Shown piece after piece: positions 24,250 to 36,898 of a stretch of DNA of 64,000 nt (its first letter is position 1; each line of letters begins with the position of its first letter). The notes beneath the pieces are model-generated. The model saw only the letters and a list, made by a program, of their open reading frames with translations. It did not search any database and was not told the DNA's origin. The stretch is from Eledone cirrhosa (taxonomy: Eukaryota). The stretch lies in contig OZ024744.1 of the NCBI GenBank assembly GCA_964016885.1, positions 92,628,001 through 92,692,000 of the forward strand, given 5' to 3'. A program made the translations under genes and the position numbers.

Positions 24250-27200
24250 AGCCTCCCAAGAAAGGAACTTTCATTGGTTGATTATCTAATGATGCAAGTA
24301 GGTCTAAGCGAAGGCGTCTCACCGAAGATGTAAATGCGACTGCGATCAGGCTCTCGCAGAATGCTGTGCAGACGGCAGCTGCAGGAGCGGAGGAGGATGA
24401 CAGTCGGCGTGAACTTCGATGGAACAAAGATGCTGTTGCGACTGCTGTTGCTTGCGTTTGAGAGGATGAAGGGCGACGTGCTGTTCGACGAAGTAGGAAC
24501 ACCACTGCAACAGCCGCTGCTTGCGCTCGAGAGGATGAAGAACGACGCACCATTCGACGAAGCAGGGGAGCTGCTGCCACTGCTGCTGCACGAAATACTG
24601 AATCCATAGAGCAACGACGTGGCAGACTTCTGCAAAGTGAACAGCGGCGATCATCGTTACGTGGCATTTCTAGGACTCGCAATTCACGATGGATTTTGAA
24701 GGCCTTTAACTGCGACTCCTCCTCCAGCTACACCGTCCATGCAGATATTCAAATTGGGGAAATGACCTCTACTTGCCAGTTTTGTTGTAAGAAAAAGTGG
24801 CCAGGGGAGAGAGATGGAATGTGTTGTTCAAACGGTAAAGTTAGACTACCTCCTATTCACGACCCTCCAGAGACATTGCAGCTCCTGTTGACACACACGA
24901 CGGAGGAATGATCGAAGTTTCTGCGTAATATCTGCCGCAACAATTCCGCGTTTCAGATGACATCCGTCGGAGCAAAGCTTGCCTCGGAACGTGGGTTCAT
25001 GCCAACTTTCAAGGTCCAGGGGCAGATCTACCACTTGATTGGGTCTATTCAGCCTCTGGCAGAAAATGATCCTCAATTTCTTCAGTTATACTTCGTTGGA
25101 AACTATCAGGAGCAGACAGAGATGAGAAACTCTATTTCGTCCGAAACTAACATTGAAACCATAATAAAATTTCAAGAAATGCTTCATGACAAAAACAGCT
25201 ATGTTCGTAGTTTCAAGTACGCTTTGGAAACAGCCACCGACCCAAACTTTAGTGTGGTCATACATGCTGACCGAAGGCCATCTGGAGAACACGCTGGTCG
25301 GTTCATCGCACCAACATGTAATGAGATTGCTGCGGTTATTTGTGGTGAACAGCACAAGAGAGATATCATTCTAAAGCACCGAGACAGCCCATTACAGCGT
25401 ATCAATGAGACACACAGGTCCTACGATGCACTCCAGTATCCATTGCTATTTGTCAACGGTGAGGACGGATACCATTTCAGCATTCCTCAACATTCAACAG
25501 GCAATGGTGAGGCATATCTTAGCAAAACTGTCACCTGCATGGATTTCTACGCTTTCCGATTTATGGTAAGGGACAATTCATTCAACCATCTACACCGTTC
25601 TCGGGACCTTTTCCAACAATTTGCTGTTGTTATGGCCGTTAAAATGGAGTCCGAGAGATTATGGTTCATTAAATTAAATCAAAAGAAACTTCGATCTGAA
25701 TGCTACATTCATCTACGCGATGGAATTAACAACGACGTATCCCCAGACAATTTAGGGCAAGTGTGTATTTTGCCTTCAACGTTCACAGGGGGACCCCGAT
25801 ACATGCACAAGAGGACTCAGGACGCCATGACTTACGTACAACATTATGGGCGGCCCGACCTTTTCATAACGTTTACATGCAATCCCAAGTGGAAGGAGAT
25901 TACAAACGTACTGTTCCACAGTCAAGCGCCAAGGCACAGGCACAATCTCATAGCAAGAGTGTTTCGCCTGAAATTATCCCAATTAATGGATTTATTAAAG
26001 AAAGGACAGGTTTTTGGGCCTGTCAGGTGCGACATGTACACGGTTAAATGGCAGAAACGAGGGCTGCCGCATGCCCATATCTTGATTTGGTTGGTTACAA
26101 AAATCAATTCAAACTATATCGACAAATTTATTTCTGCCGAACTACCTGATCCATCAATTGACAAGGACCTCTTCTCTATAGTCACATCAAACATGGTCCA
26201 TGGTCCTTGCGGACATGGACTCAATATGACGTCCCCGTGCATACACGACGGAAAGTGTACAAAACGATATTCCAGGCCGTTTTTACAGGAAACACAGACT
26301 GGCGGTGACAGATATCCGTTGTATAGGTGCAGGAGACCTGAAGACGGTGGGTTCACAGCAAATGTTGGCGAACGTGAAATCGACAACAGCTGTATAGTGC
26401 CATATTGCCCCCTCCTCTTCAAAGCATTCAACGCCCATATAAACGTCGAATTATGAAACTCAGTAAAATCAGTTAAATACGTTTGTAAGTACATAAACAA
26501 GGGATTGGATGCTGCCGTCTTTGGTCTTCATCATGAAAACAGTAGAGACGAGGTATCTGACTACCAAGCAGGCCGATACATTAGCAGCAATGAAGCCTTT
26601 TGGTGCATTTTTGGCTTCCCACTGCATCAATGACACCACGTCATTAAACAACTTGCCGTTCACCTTGAAAACGGTCAATGGGTGTATTTCAATGATGCAA
26701 CAGCTGCTCAGCTAGCGATCTCACCAAAGGAAACTACACTCACCACCTTTTTCAAACTTTGTCAACACGACGACCTCGGTCGAACTCTGCTGTATTCTGA
26801 AATACCGTCTTACTATACATGGAACCGGACAAATGGCTACGAAGGAAGGTAAGGCAAGAGGTGGTTGGACATCCAGGCATCAAATTCGACTATTGTCTTG
26901 GGTGAGTTTATACGGTCCACCCTACCCAACACGAATGCTTCTACCTGCGACTTCTGCTTCATGAGGTAAGAGGGCCGACCACCTTCACTGATCTGAGAAC
27001 CGTCGATGGATACATCTGCGGAACGTACAGGGAAGCCTGCTTGAGGCGTCGACTTTTAGAAGATGAGGCACCATGGGATGCAACCTTGACGGAAGCTGCC
27101 ATCTCACAATCATCCCGTAGTCTAGGGGCAGTTTTTGCTATCCTCTTGCACGTCTGTGAATTGAGCGATCCTTACTCTTTATGGCAAAAGTTTAAAGATG

Positions 27201-28822
27201 ATTTCGCAGACGAATATAGGCATCTCGCTCAATTGCAATCTCCAAACTTAGATAAGGGCTTTTCAGACGCTATATATAACAGAGCTCTGATCGATATTGA
27301 AGACAGAGTGGCTTGAATGGGTGGAGATGTCTTGGAGAAATATGGGCTTCCGCAAACACTTCGAGATGCGCCATCTGACATTCCCAACGACATTATACGT
27401 GAAACGTCATATGATGTCGACGAACTCAAAAGGTATGTTGAAGAAAATGAACCAAAACTTCTAATGGATCATAAACAAGCCTATAACATTGTTATTGATT
27501 CCATCCGTAATCGGAGAGGGGGTATATTCTTCCTGGATGCACCTGGAGGCACGGGCAAAACATTTGTAATCAAACTTTTACTCGCTGCAGTGAGGCAACA
27601 CGGAAACATCGCATTGGCCGTGGCTTCTTCTGGCATTGCAGCAACTTTGCTGCCTGGTGGCAGGACGGCCCATTCTGCCTTCAGTCTTCCTCTCAGCGTG
27701 ACATCATCTGAGACACCCACGTGCAACATCAGCAAGTCTTCTGGGAAAGCACTGGTGTTAAAGCGCTGCCTACTAATTGTTTGGGACGAATGCACAAATG
27801 ACCACAAGGCGGCTTTCGAGGCATTAGACCGGTCACTCAGAGACATCAGGGACTGTCAAGAACAAATGGGAGGTGTCACTTTCCTGTTATCTGGAGACTT
27901 CCGACAGACTCTGGCTGTATTCCCAAAAGGTACGTGGGCTGATGAGGTTGGTGCATCCCTTAAGGACTCCCCACTTTGGCGTTATGTAAGAAAGCTGACG
28001 CTTACAACAAACATAAGAGCACAACTGCAAGGTGATACGACATCAGCGGGCTTTGCTGCTGCCATTTTGCCGTTGGGAGATGGCAATGTCCTACTCGACG
28101 GAGATGGTGCAGCGGACCTCACAGGGATGTGCAGATGCGTTAAGTCAATTGCCGAGTAACGGACGTCTGCTTTTTCTAATCTTGAGGAGAACTACACAAA
28201 TCAAGAGTGGTTGTGTGAACGCGCAATATTGGCTTCGAAAAACCACATAGTTGGAAACATCAATGAACAGCTCATGCTGTGCTTGCCTGGAAACCTGCAT
28301 GTCTACAAGTCCCTTGACTCTATGGCTGATCCTGACGAAGTTGTTAATTACCCCACAGAATTTCTTAACTCCCTAGATCCTCCCGGATTGCCACCACACT
28401 TTCTGCGACTTAAGAAAGGTGCCCCTGTCATGTTCCACAAGAATTTGGAACCCCGAAGGCTTTCCAACAGCACGCGTCTGGTCGTCCAAAAGGCGATACC
28501 TCATGTTATTGAGGCAACAATACTTACAGGATGTGGTAAGGAGGATACTGTCTTCATACCAAGGATATCTCTCATTCCATCCGGTAAAGACATTCCTTTC
28601 TCATTCAGAAGGTTGCAATTCCCTCTCCGGCTCAGTTTAGCCATGTCGATTAACAAATCACAGGGTCAGATGCTGACGGTCGTAGGACTTAATTTAGAAG
28701 AACCGTTCTTCTCCCATGGTCAACTATATGTTGGCTGCTCTCGAGTGGGGAGCCGACATAACCTATTTGCTTTTGCAACTCGCGAGAAAACCCAAAATAT
28801 AGTCTATAAGAAAGTTTTATAG
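24250..28822 (+). pseudogene. Helitron Rep (HUH/Y2) - Pif1 helicase, broken by several stops and frameshifts
   Basis: Rep motifs LFITFTCNPKW, WQKRGLPHAHILIW, KSVKYVCKYINKG. Helicase motifs DAPGGTGKT, IVWDEC, GDFRQ, AMSINKSQG, HGQLYVGCSRV. Confidence 0.96.
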
Positions 28823-29169
28823 GCACCCCATCCGCCAACAAGTAATCGCTGTTTTTTTTTTTGTTTTTTTTTTTGTATAAGTGCTTACATTTGCTGTACT
28901 AGATACGCCTCTGAGGTTGCTTTTGCTATACGTTATAAATGTTCAATGTCTCCGTTTTCCGCATTTATATGTTGCTATTACGCTTTGCTATCGATGTTCC
29001 GTAGTTTTAACCTAATTGATCTACTTTCCCTTACATCTTATTTACACATTTTTTTGACATTTCAGCATGATCTTGCCAAGGCCGTTTTTGTGGCCACCGA
29101 CTGTGACATGCTTTTCTAGGTTACAATCTCAAATAACAAGCAAAGCAAATACGACACACCAAATTGGTG

Positions 29170-29582
29170 TGAAGGACTTCTTAAGGGCCACCACCTCTAA
29201 TCGGAGTCGTCTTTGCTGACAGCTCTGCCACTGGGACTTTTAAGAGTGAACGATCCAAGGCCCTCTTCAGGGCCACCAAGTTTAAATTGTTACCATCGGA
29301 TTCATCTTTGCTGGCAGCACCGCCGCTCAGATATTTCAAAGTGAACGTTAAAAGGTCCTCTTCAGGGCCACCAACTATAAATTGTTATCGCTGGATTCGT
29401 CTTTGCTGGCAGCTCTGCCGCTGAGACTTTTAAGATTGAACGATCCAAGGCTCTCTTTAGGGCCACCAACTTTAAATTGTTACCATCGGATTCGTCTTTG
29501 CTGGCAGTACCACCGCAGAGATATTTCAAAGTAAACGTTCAAAGGCCCTCTTTAGGGTCAACACCTATAAATTGTTACTTCT
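29170..29582. repeat. ~95-100-bp imperfect tandem repeats in the Helitron 3' region
   Basis: Recurring AGGGCCACCAA..AAATTGTTA..GGATTCGTCTTTGCTGGCAG units, about 4 copies. Confidence 0.8.
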
Positions 29583-29670
29583 ACAGTCGTGTTTAACGGA
29601 AGTCTTTCGGTTCATTTGAACGACTACTCCATTGAGAGTTATACCGGGCAACGCCGGATAGTTCTGCTAG

Positions 29671-30063
29671 TATTTATCTAAAATAATTTCCATCATAATT
29701 TTATACAAGAACATTCGTTAAGATATATTTCAAACACCAGCTTAGTAATTAGAAAGTTAGTTATATTACTAAATCTCTCCAATATTCTTTTATTATTTTC
29801 AAAATTATTTGAAAACAATAGACAGTGTGTTTCATTAGAAATATGGTAATAAATAATGTTTTTTACATTTATCTAAAAATAACTTCCTTCATAATTTTAT
29901 ACAAGAACATTCGTTAAGATATGTTCCTTCCAGACACGAAGTTAATAATCAGAAAGTTAGTTATGTTACTAAATCTCTCCAATTTTTTTTTATTATTTTC
30001 AAAATAATTTGAAATTTTATGAGCAGTGTCTTTCATTAGAAATATGGTATTGAAATGGTTGAA
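29671..30063. repeat. Two ~196-bp tandem copies of an AT-rich MITE-like repeat; related segments at ~22060-22245 and ~31250-31600
   Basis: ATTTATCTAAAA..TTCC.TCATAATTTTATACAAGAACATTCGTTAAGATAT.. is repeated. Confidence 0.7.
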
Positions 30064-30489
30064 ATATAAATATTTATCTAAAACACATTTGTCAAATCTT
30101 AGGAATACGTACAAATGTAAAAAATGCAAGCGTCTTTTGCGGTTATGAAAACGGAAAAGGAAGGGAAATGCAAGGGCTTTAGGGTCACAGAAGAATGGAG
30201 AGGGGGAAGGGGAGGGGTGATGGACTCTAGGCCTAGGGTGTGGTGGTATTGGGGCAGCACCCTGTGGTCAAGGGCGCAAAAGCATTCTCGTGGACAATGG
30301 CTAGCAACACCCACTGTTACAGCCACCCCACCTTGCAGGGCTCCCTCCTCGGATGGGCTGTTGACGTTCCGATCTTGCGGAGGAGCTCGACTGTGTGGGG
30401 TCCAAGTACACCTGATGTTTTGGGAATATAATGTCAAATTATATTCCAAACATCATCAGCTTCTTCTTCTTCTTCTTCTTCTTCTTCTT

Positions 30490-30965
30490 CATTCACTTAT
30501 TCCTGAGAGTGTCGCGGTGGCAGAGACCTCAAACACTCCTTCCAGCAGGTCCTGTCAGAAGCAACCATCTCCAACTGATCCAGCCAGATCCCCAAGCAAG
30601 ACCAGCTAAACTCATGGATGCTATCCAACCATCTTGCCCATGGTCTACCCCTGGGTCTCCTGCCTGTAAGTTTTGCCCGTAAAATCTGTCCAGTGATTCT
30701 TTCCTAAGATATTCTAACCGCATGCCCATAGTATCAGAGCATATGACTGCATTCCTCGGGACCTGATGTAGAGGGCTGCGCAGAAGTATGGGATTGATGG
30801 TCAGCTTCTTGCTGTCCTGATGTCTCTATATGAATGCCCGAGTCATCATCATCATTTTACGGCTGCTTTTCCCTGCTTGCAAGGGTGGGACGGGAACTGA
30901 TGCTGGCTTGATTTCTACAGCTGGATGCCCTTCCTAACACCAACCTCATTTACAGTGAGTGCTGG
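30490..30965 (-). mobile_element. RTE-like 3' fragments (two families)
   Basis: 30490-30740 is homologous to 17455-17720. 30843-30965 matches the 3'UTR of the RTE at ~14130-14175 (GTGTTAGGAAGGGCATCC). Confidence 0.75.
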
Positions 30966-31009
30966 GTGCTTTTTTTGCCGTGGCACCTCCACAACCACTT
31001 TGCAGTGGA

Positions 31010-31178
31010 ATGATAGGGACCCCAGTCCCTATCATCTCATTTCTACAGCTGAGTAAACTGGAGCAATGTGAAATAAAGTGTCTTGCTCAAGGAAACAACA
31101 CATCACCCGGTCTGAGAATTGAACTCACAACCTTTTGATTGCAAGCCCAATGCTCTAACCACTAAGCCATGTGCCTCC
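31010..31178 (-). mobile_element. CORE-type tRNA-SINE
   Basis: Reverse complement is nearly identical to 62486-62657. Confidence 0.85.
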
Positions 31179-31308
31179 ATGTATTTGTGCTAAATCGAAA
31201 CAATTCAATGTGGGGTAGTCAGGCTCTACCAAGGGTCCATACTGTCACCAAACACTAGCCTAATAATTTTTAAAAAAATCTTTTTTTATTATTTTCAAAA
31301 TGACTAGG

Positions 31309-31541
31309 GTGGTGGATTGGCAGTATCGGTAGAGAGTCAGACACCACGCTTTGCAGCATGGAGTTATGGCCCTTTATGATCTGAGTTCAAATCCCGCTGA
31401 GATTAACTTTGCCTTTCATCCTTACGGGGGGGGGGGGGGGGTGATTGATAAAATAAAGTAACAGTAACATATTGGGGTCGATTTAATCGACTTTCCCCTC
31501 CTCCAAAATTGCTGGCCTTGTGCCTATATAAGAAACCATTA
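31309..31541 (+). mobile_element. Nin/Deu-domain tRNA-SINE, long variant
   Basis: Same head and central domain, extra GGGGTCGATTTAATCGAC..CCCC segment, tail GGCCTTGTGCCTATATAAGAAACCATTATT. Confidence 0.88.
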
Positions 31542-32181
31542 TTTTCAAAATGACTTGAAATTAATAGGTGGCATATTTCATTAGAAATATAATAATAGAA
31601 GAATTAAGTAGAGCCCATTTTGTTGCAAGCAAACAAGCCAGGTAGCTGGTTTGTTGTGATCAACTAAATCAAGGTGGTACTCCAGCATGGCCGTAATTTA
31701 CTGACTGAAACAAATAAAAGAATAAAAGACTAAATAAAAGCCACTTAGAGAACTTCAGCTGCTTAGCTAAAACCTGTGAATGTATGTATGTATGTATGTA
31801 TGTATGTATGTATGTATGTATGTATGTATGTATGCCTCTCTCTTTCTCTTAATTTCGAGTGTATGTAAGTATGTATGTAGTGTGTGTATGTATGTATATA
31901 TGTGTGTATGTATGTGTGTATGTATGTAAGTATGTATGTATGTATGTATTTATGTATGTTCTTCTGGTTTTATAATTTCACAAATTGTTTCCCAATAGAG
32001 AAAGAGTCGGTTTCTAACATAGACACAAGACTCTCATTGGAATTTACACAACATCAACTAGGTATATATGTATGTCTACATGTGTAGATATGGATGTTAT
32101 TGTATGTGTGGATGTGGATGTTTTGAGTTGTATGTGTGCATGTGTATATGCTTTGTATCTGTACATGTGTATATGCAGTTA

Positions 32182-32440
32182 TTAGATGCAAAATTTTTGG
32201 AATGTTTTACATATTTTTACTGTTCCATTAATGGATTGTACTTGTAATTTCCTAACTAGTTGTGTTCTTTCTGTTCCTGTGAAGCCCAGCTTCTCAAGAT
32301 GTGTATTGAGGCAGTTACTAACATACCCCAGTGTCCCAATAATCACAGACATACATCTGAAGGTGTAATCAGGGTGGAGTATCTGCAGATTTCTCATCAG
32401 TTCTGCATAAATATTCTCCTTTTCGCTAATCTTTGATATT
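32182..32440 (-). mobile_element. Dong/R4-type LINE C-terminal fragment
   Basis: KISEKENIYAEL..YTFRCMSVIIGTLG..LQVQSINGTVKICK, resembling the REL-LINE C-terminus. Confidence 0.75.
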
Positions 32441-32471
32441 ATATTGTATGTATGTATGTATGTATGTATGT

Positions 32472-34159
32472 ACAGCCTGTCACATGGTCGGGTCGTTGGC
32501 AACTAAACTGACAACTCCACCAAGTTTACTTGGTGAGAAGGGTGATTTTGGACAGAACCTGACAAAGGGTGGAAGAACTCATAAGAGTTAATGGCCCTCC
32601 AATAATGTGTAAATATGTATATACCTGTGCATGTGTATATATGTATATATGTATATATGTTATACATGTATGTATGTGTTAGTATATACACGAGGACATA
32701 GAAATAATTGGGCTGGATACCCGATCACGCAGTTAAACCTTTGTCAGGGCATTCTTCTAGGAGAAGACAACTCAGGAAACTGGGATAACTCCGATATAAA
32801 ACCTGCGGCTCATTAGTTACCGATGATGTTGATCTTTTCTTCTTTTCGGGTTATAGCTACTGTCGCTCAGAGAGTGGGATTGGCTCAGTGCACAGTCTTT
32901 CCTCTCTTTAAAAAATATCTTCACGCACAGGCATTACACGATAGAATTAATCAATAATTATTAATAATGGTATATCATGCAATGGCCATACTCGAAAACG
33001 AGGGGGCAGCCATCATGTATGTATGTATGCATTTATACATGCATGTATGTATGTATATATCTATGTATGCAACTCATGGCCGGGTCGTCATTGACTAAAC
33101 CAGCTTACTTGGTGAGGAAGGTAATATCTGGACACCCTGCAGGATGAATTACAAGACTCGGCAAAGGGTAGAAGAACTCAGCAGAGTCAACGGCCATCCG
33201 AATAGTAGTTGTTTTGTTTTTTTTCCACCTGGGAGTGAAAGGCCCCCTGTTGTTGTCACAACACCTTTCTAGGAGAGGGGAATTCTGAAAAAAACCTGCG
33301 GCTTCAGAAGTATCTGATGATGTTGACCAGTTCTCCTTTTTGGGTAGTGTTCTCGAAAGGGGCATTGGTCGAGTGCAAGGCCTTTCTCCACTTAAAAATC
33401 CTTCAAAGCATGGGTATTGCGTGTTCAGGATCTGTTACAGGTTCGTGTGGCTGGCTGTAGCCTAAAAGTGCACCAAACTCTATGATGACAAATGAATCTG
33501 ACAAGCAATTACAATACTCTTAGCAGAGTTTGCAGCCATCATGTATGTATGTGTGTTTATGTATGTTTATGTCAGGTCACTCTTGAGTGCTACTGGTAAC
33601 ATGTGACCCAGTACAACCTGTCTCATGGTTGGGTCGTTGGCAACTAAACCAGCAACCCCACCAAGTTTACTTGGTGAGGAGGGTGATTTTGGACACCCTG
33701 TAGGACAAAAAACAAAACCTGACAAAGGGCAGAAGAACTCATAAGAGTCAACGGCCATCCAAAAATGTGTAAATATGTATATACACATGTACATATGTAT
33801 ATGCGCGGGGACATAGAAATAATCAGGCTGGATACCCGATCGCGCAGTTAAACCACTGGAAGTGAAGGACCCCTAACCTTTGACAGGGCATTCTTCTAGG
33901 AGAAGACAACTCAGGAAACTGGGATAACTCCGATATAAAACCTGCGGCTCAGTAGTTACGAATGATGTTGATCTTTTTGTCTTTTCGGGTTATATCTATT
34001 GTCGCTCAGAGAGTGGGATTGGCTCAGTGCACAGTCTTTCCTCACTTTAAAAAATATCTTCACGCTCAGGCATTGCACGAGTGCATTAATTGATAATTAT
34101 TAATAATGTTATATCGTGCAATGCCCATACTACAATGCCCATACGAGGGGGCAGCCATC
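32472..34159 (+). repeat. Three tandem copies of a ~470-590-bp unclassified non-coding element, separated by (ATGT)n
   Basis: Copies at ~32472-33014, 33072-33540 and 33570-34159 share GGGTCGTTGGCAACTAAAC, ACTTGGTGAG, TTCTAGGAGA..AAAACCTGCGGCT and a GCAGCCATC end. Confidence 0.85.
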
Positions 34160-34269
34160 ATATGTATGCATGTATGTATATATTTGTTCATGTATGTACA
34201 TATGTATGCTTATGAATATAAATCTAATCCACATACCACCACAATAAATGAAACTTAAGTGTCAGTCTA

Positions 34270-34520
34270 CCACGTGGTCCTGTCTGACAGGATGGAGTAG
34301 ATATTGCCCCAGATGACAGTGTGAGAGATGTGCTGGAACAGCCACTCCCCCTCGCAGGCCTTGCACCTACAGGCAGCCAACTCCACTCTGATAGCAGTGA
34401 GCAGAGATCTTGTTCAGGGCACCAAGAATGCCAGAAATCTCCACTGCCACAAACCTATCAGAGAGTGGCTCATACTTTGACAGTTTGCCTGCTTTAGTTT
34501 GGTTCCTTTGTGTTCAGACC
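34270..34520 (-). mobile_element. CRE-like LINE 3' fragment
   Basis: KLSKYEPLSDRFVAVEISGILG and WLFQHISHTVIWGNIYSIL, paralogous to 18473-18640. Confidence 0.7.
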
Positions 34521-34746
34521 TGGTGTATATGATTATATTTATTAATCACACCATATGTTACAATTGATATATAGGTAAAATTCTGTTATAACAAATACTA
34601 TTATAACAATTTTTTCAGTATAACAAAATGTTTTTTAAATCCCCAAAGTAATAACAAACAAACGCTCGATTTGTTTCAGTTGATCTCATTATAAAGAACT
34701 TTTTGGAAGTTTTTAGGAAGCCGTAGCTATGTAAACCCTGGTGGTA

Positions 34747-34838
34747 TCCAGCAGAAGCAAGGGGAACAACTGTCTATGCATATCAGGCTTGACTGGCCAT
34801 CGTCAGGACGATGTCTCCCCCTTCTTGCAACTGCTGGA
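34747..34838 (-). ncRNA. Type I hammerhead motif with long extended stem I; core carries a GAAA>GAUA change
   Basis: Minus strand reads UCCAGCAGuuGCAAGaaGGGGgagacaucGUC-CUGACGA-uGGCcagucaaGCCu-GAUA-UGCA-UA-GACaguuguuCCCCUUGCuuCUGCUGGA. Confidence 0.68.
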
Positions 34839-35014
34839 CTTGAAATCAGCGGAGAATATATAGTTTTCTCGTCTGTGTAAATAAGGTGATTAATCTCATT
34901 TGCATATGAAGCTGCATAAGTTGGCTCAACTTATAATAAAAAAAAAAATTTCGCTTCGAGCATAGCTTTATACAATATGTATGGAAGTTTTTAGGAAGCC
35001 GTAGCTATGTAAAC

Positions 35015-36661
35015 ATGTTATGTGAGATATTATGTGAGATAAAACCTTTACTGTGAAAATATGATAGTAAATATAGAGTAATGTAAATGTTATGTGAGAT
35101 ATTATGTGAGATAAAGCCTTTACTGTAAAAATACAATAGTAAATATAGAGTAATGTAAATGTTACGTGAGATATTATGTGAGATAAAGCCTTTACTGTGA
35201 AAATACAATAGTAAATATAGAGTAATGTAAATGTTATGTGAGATATTATGTGAGGTAAAGCCTTTACTGTAAAAATACAATAGTATATATAGAGTAATGT
35301 AAATGTTATGTGAGATATTATGTGAGGTAATGCCTTTACTGTAAAAATACAATAGTAAATATAGAGTAATGTAAATGTTATGTGAGATATTATGTGAGAT
35401 AAAGCCTTTACTGTAAAAATACAATAGTAAATATAGAGTAATGTAAATGTTATGTGAGATATTATGTGAGGTAAAGCCTTTACTGTGAAAATACAATAGT
35501 AAATATAGAGTAATGTAAATGTTATGTGAGATATTATGTGAGATAAAGCCTTTACTGTAAAAATACAATAGTAAATATAGAGTAATGTAAATGTTATGTG
35601 AGATATTATGTGAGATAAAGCCTTTACTGTGAAAATACAATAGTAAATATAGAGTAATGTAAATGTTATGTGAGATATTATGTGAGATAAAGCCTTTACT
35701 GTGAAAATACAATAGTAAATATAGAGTAATGTAAATGTTATGTGAGATATTATGTGAGATAAAGCCTTTACTGTAAAAAAACAATAGTAAATATAGAGTA
35801 ATGTAAATGTTATGTGAGATATTATGTGAGATAAAGCCTTTACTGTGAAAATACAATAGTAAATATAGAGTAATGTAAATGTTATGTGAGATATTATGTG
35901 AGATAAAGCCTTTACTGTGAAAATACAATAGTATATATAGAGTAATGTAAATGTTATGTGAGATATTATGTGAGATAAAGCCTTTACTGTAAAAATACAA
36001 TAGTAAATATAGAGTAATGTAAATGTTATGTGAGATATTATGTGAGATAAAGCCTTTACTGTGAAAATACAATAGTAAATATAGAGTAATGTAAATGTTA
36101 TGTGAGATATTATGTGAGATAAAGCCTTTACTGTAAAAATACAATAGTAAATATAGAGTAATGTAAATGTTATGTGAGATATTATGTGAGGTAAAGCCTT
36201 TACTGTAAAAATACAATAGTAAATATAGAGTAATGTAAATGTTATGTGAGACATTATGTGAGGTAAAGCCTTTACTGTAAAAATACAATAGTAAATATAG
36301 AGTAATGTAAATGTTATGTGAGATATTATGTGAGGTAAAGCCTTTACTGTAAAAATACAATAGTAAATATAGAGTAATGTAAATGTTATGTGAGACATTA
36401 TGTGAGGTAAAGCCTTTACTGTAAAAATACAATAGTAAATATAGAGTAATGTAAATGTTATGTGAGATATTATGTGAGGTAAAGCCTTTACTGTAAAAAT
36501 ACAATAGTATATATAGAGTAATGTAAATGTTATGTGAGATATTATGTGAGGTAAAGCCTTTACTGTGAAAATATAATAGTAAATATAAAGTAATGTAAAT
36601 GTTATGAGATATTATGTGAGATAAAGCCTTTACTGTAAAAATACAATAGTAAATATAGAGT
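35015..36661. repeat. 72-bp satellite, left block
   Basis: Unit ATGTAAATGTTATGTGAGATATTATGTGAGATAAAGCCTTTACTGTAAAAATACAATAGTAAATATAGAGTA; 24-aa periodicity in the ORF track. Confidence 0.97.
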
Positions 36662-36898
36662 GGTTTCTTTATTTGCCACTAGGGCACAAAAGGTAGGGAC
36701 AGATACAAGGGGGGAAGTTTACATATAATTAACGAGTACAAAAATATAACAATGAAATAACAACAACAAACGAAGTCCTCAATAGGGAGGGGGCATTAAC
36801 ATGGGTCGCACACACCCCGGAAAAAATGTGTAACCCTTCTCCTCAGGAGCACAAAGAGTAGGTGCTTCCCTCGTCTCCTCTTTTTCCTCTTCTTTCAC

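Larger units (their letters stand above)
22776..29670 (+). mobile_element. Autonomous-type Helitron, decayed; 5' boundary uncertain
   Basis: Contains the Rep-Hel coding region and subterminal tandem repeats. 3' hairpin CCGGGCAACGCCGG plus CTAG followed by T at 29644-29671. Confidence 0.88.

Noticed and set aside
29260-29372. CTGAAGA...GAAA on the minus strand of the Helitron repeats
   Set aside because: Stems I and II do not pair.
33314-33365. CTGATGA...CGAAAG in the second (ATGT)n-associated element
   Set aside because: No stem I/III closure, and the core is not conserved in the two sister copies.
34898-34905. Octamer ATTTGCAT as an snRNA promoter element
   Set aside because: A single 8-mer with no recognisable snRNA or PSE nearby; expected by chance.
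34968-36504. 476/499-aa repeat proteins
   Set aside because: Artefact of the 72-bp satellite, whose length is divisible by 3.
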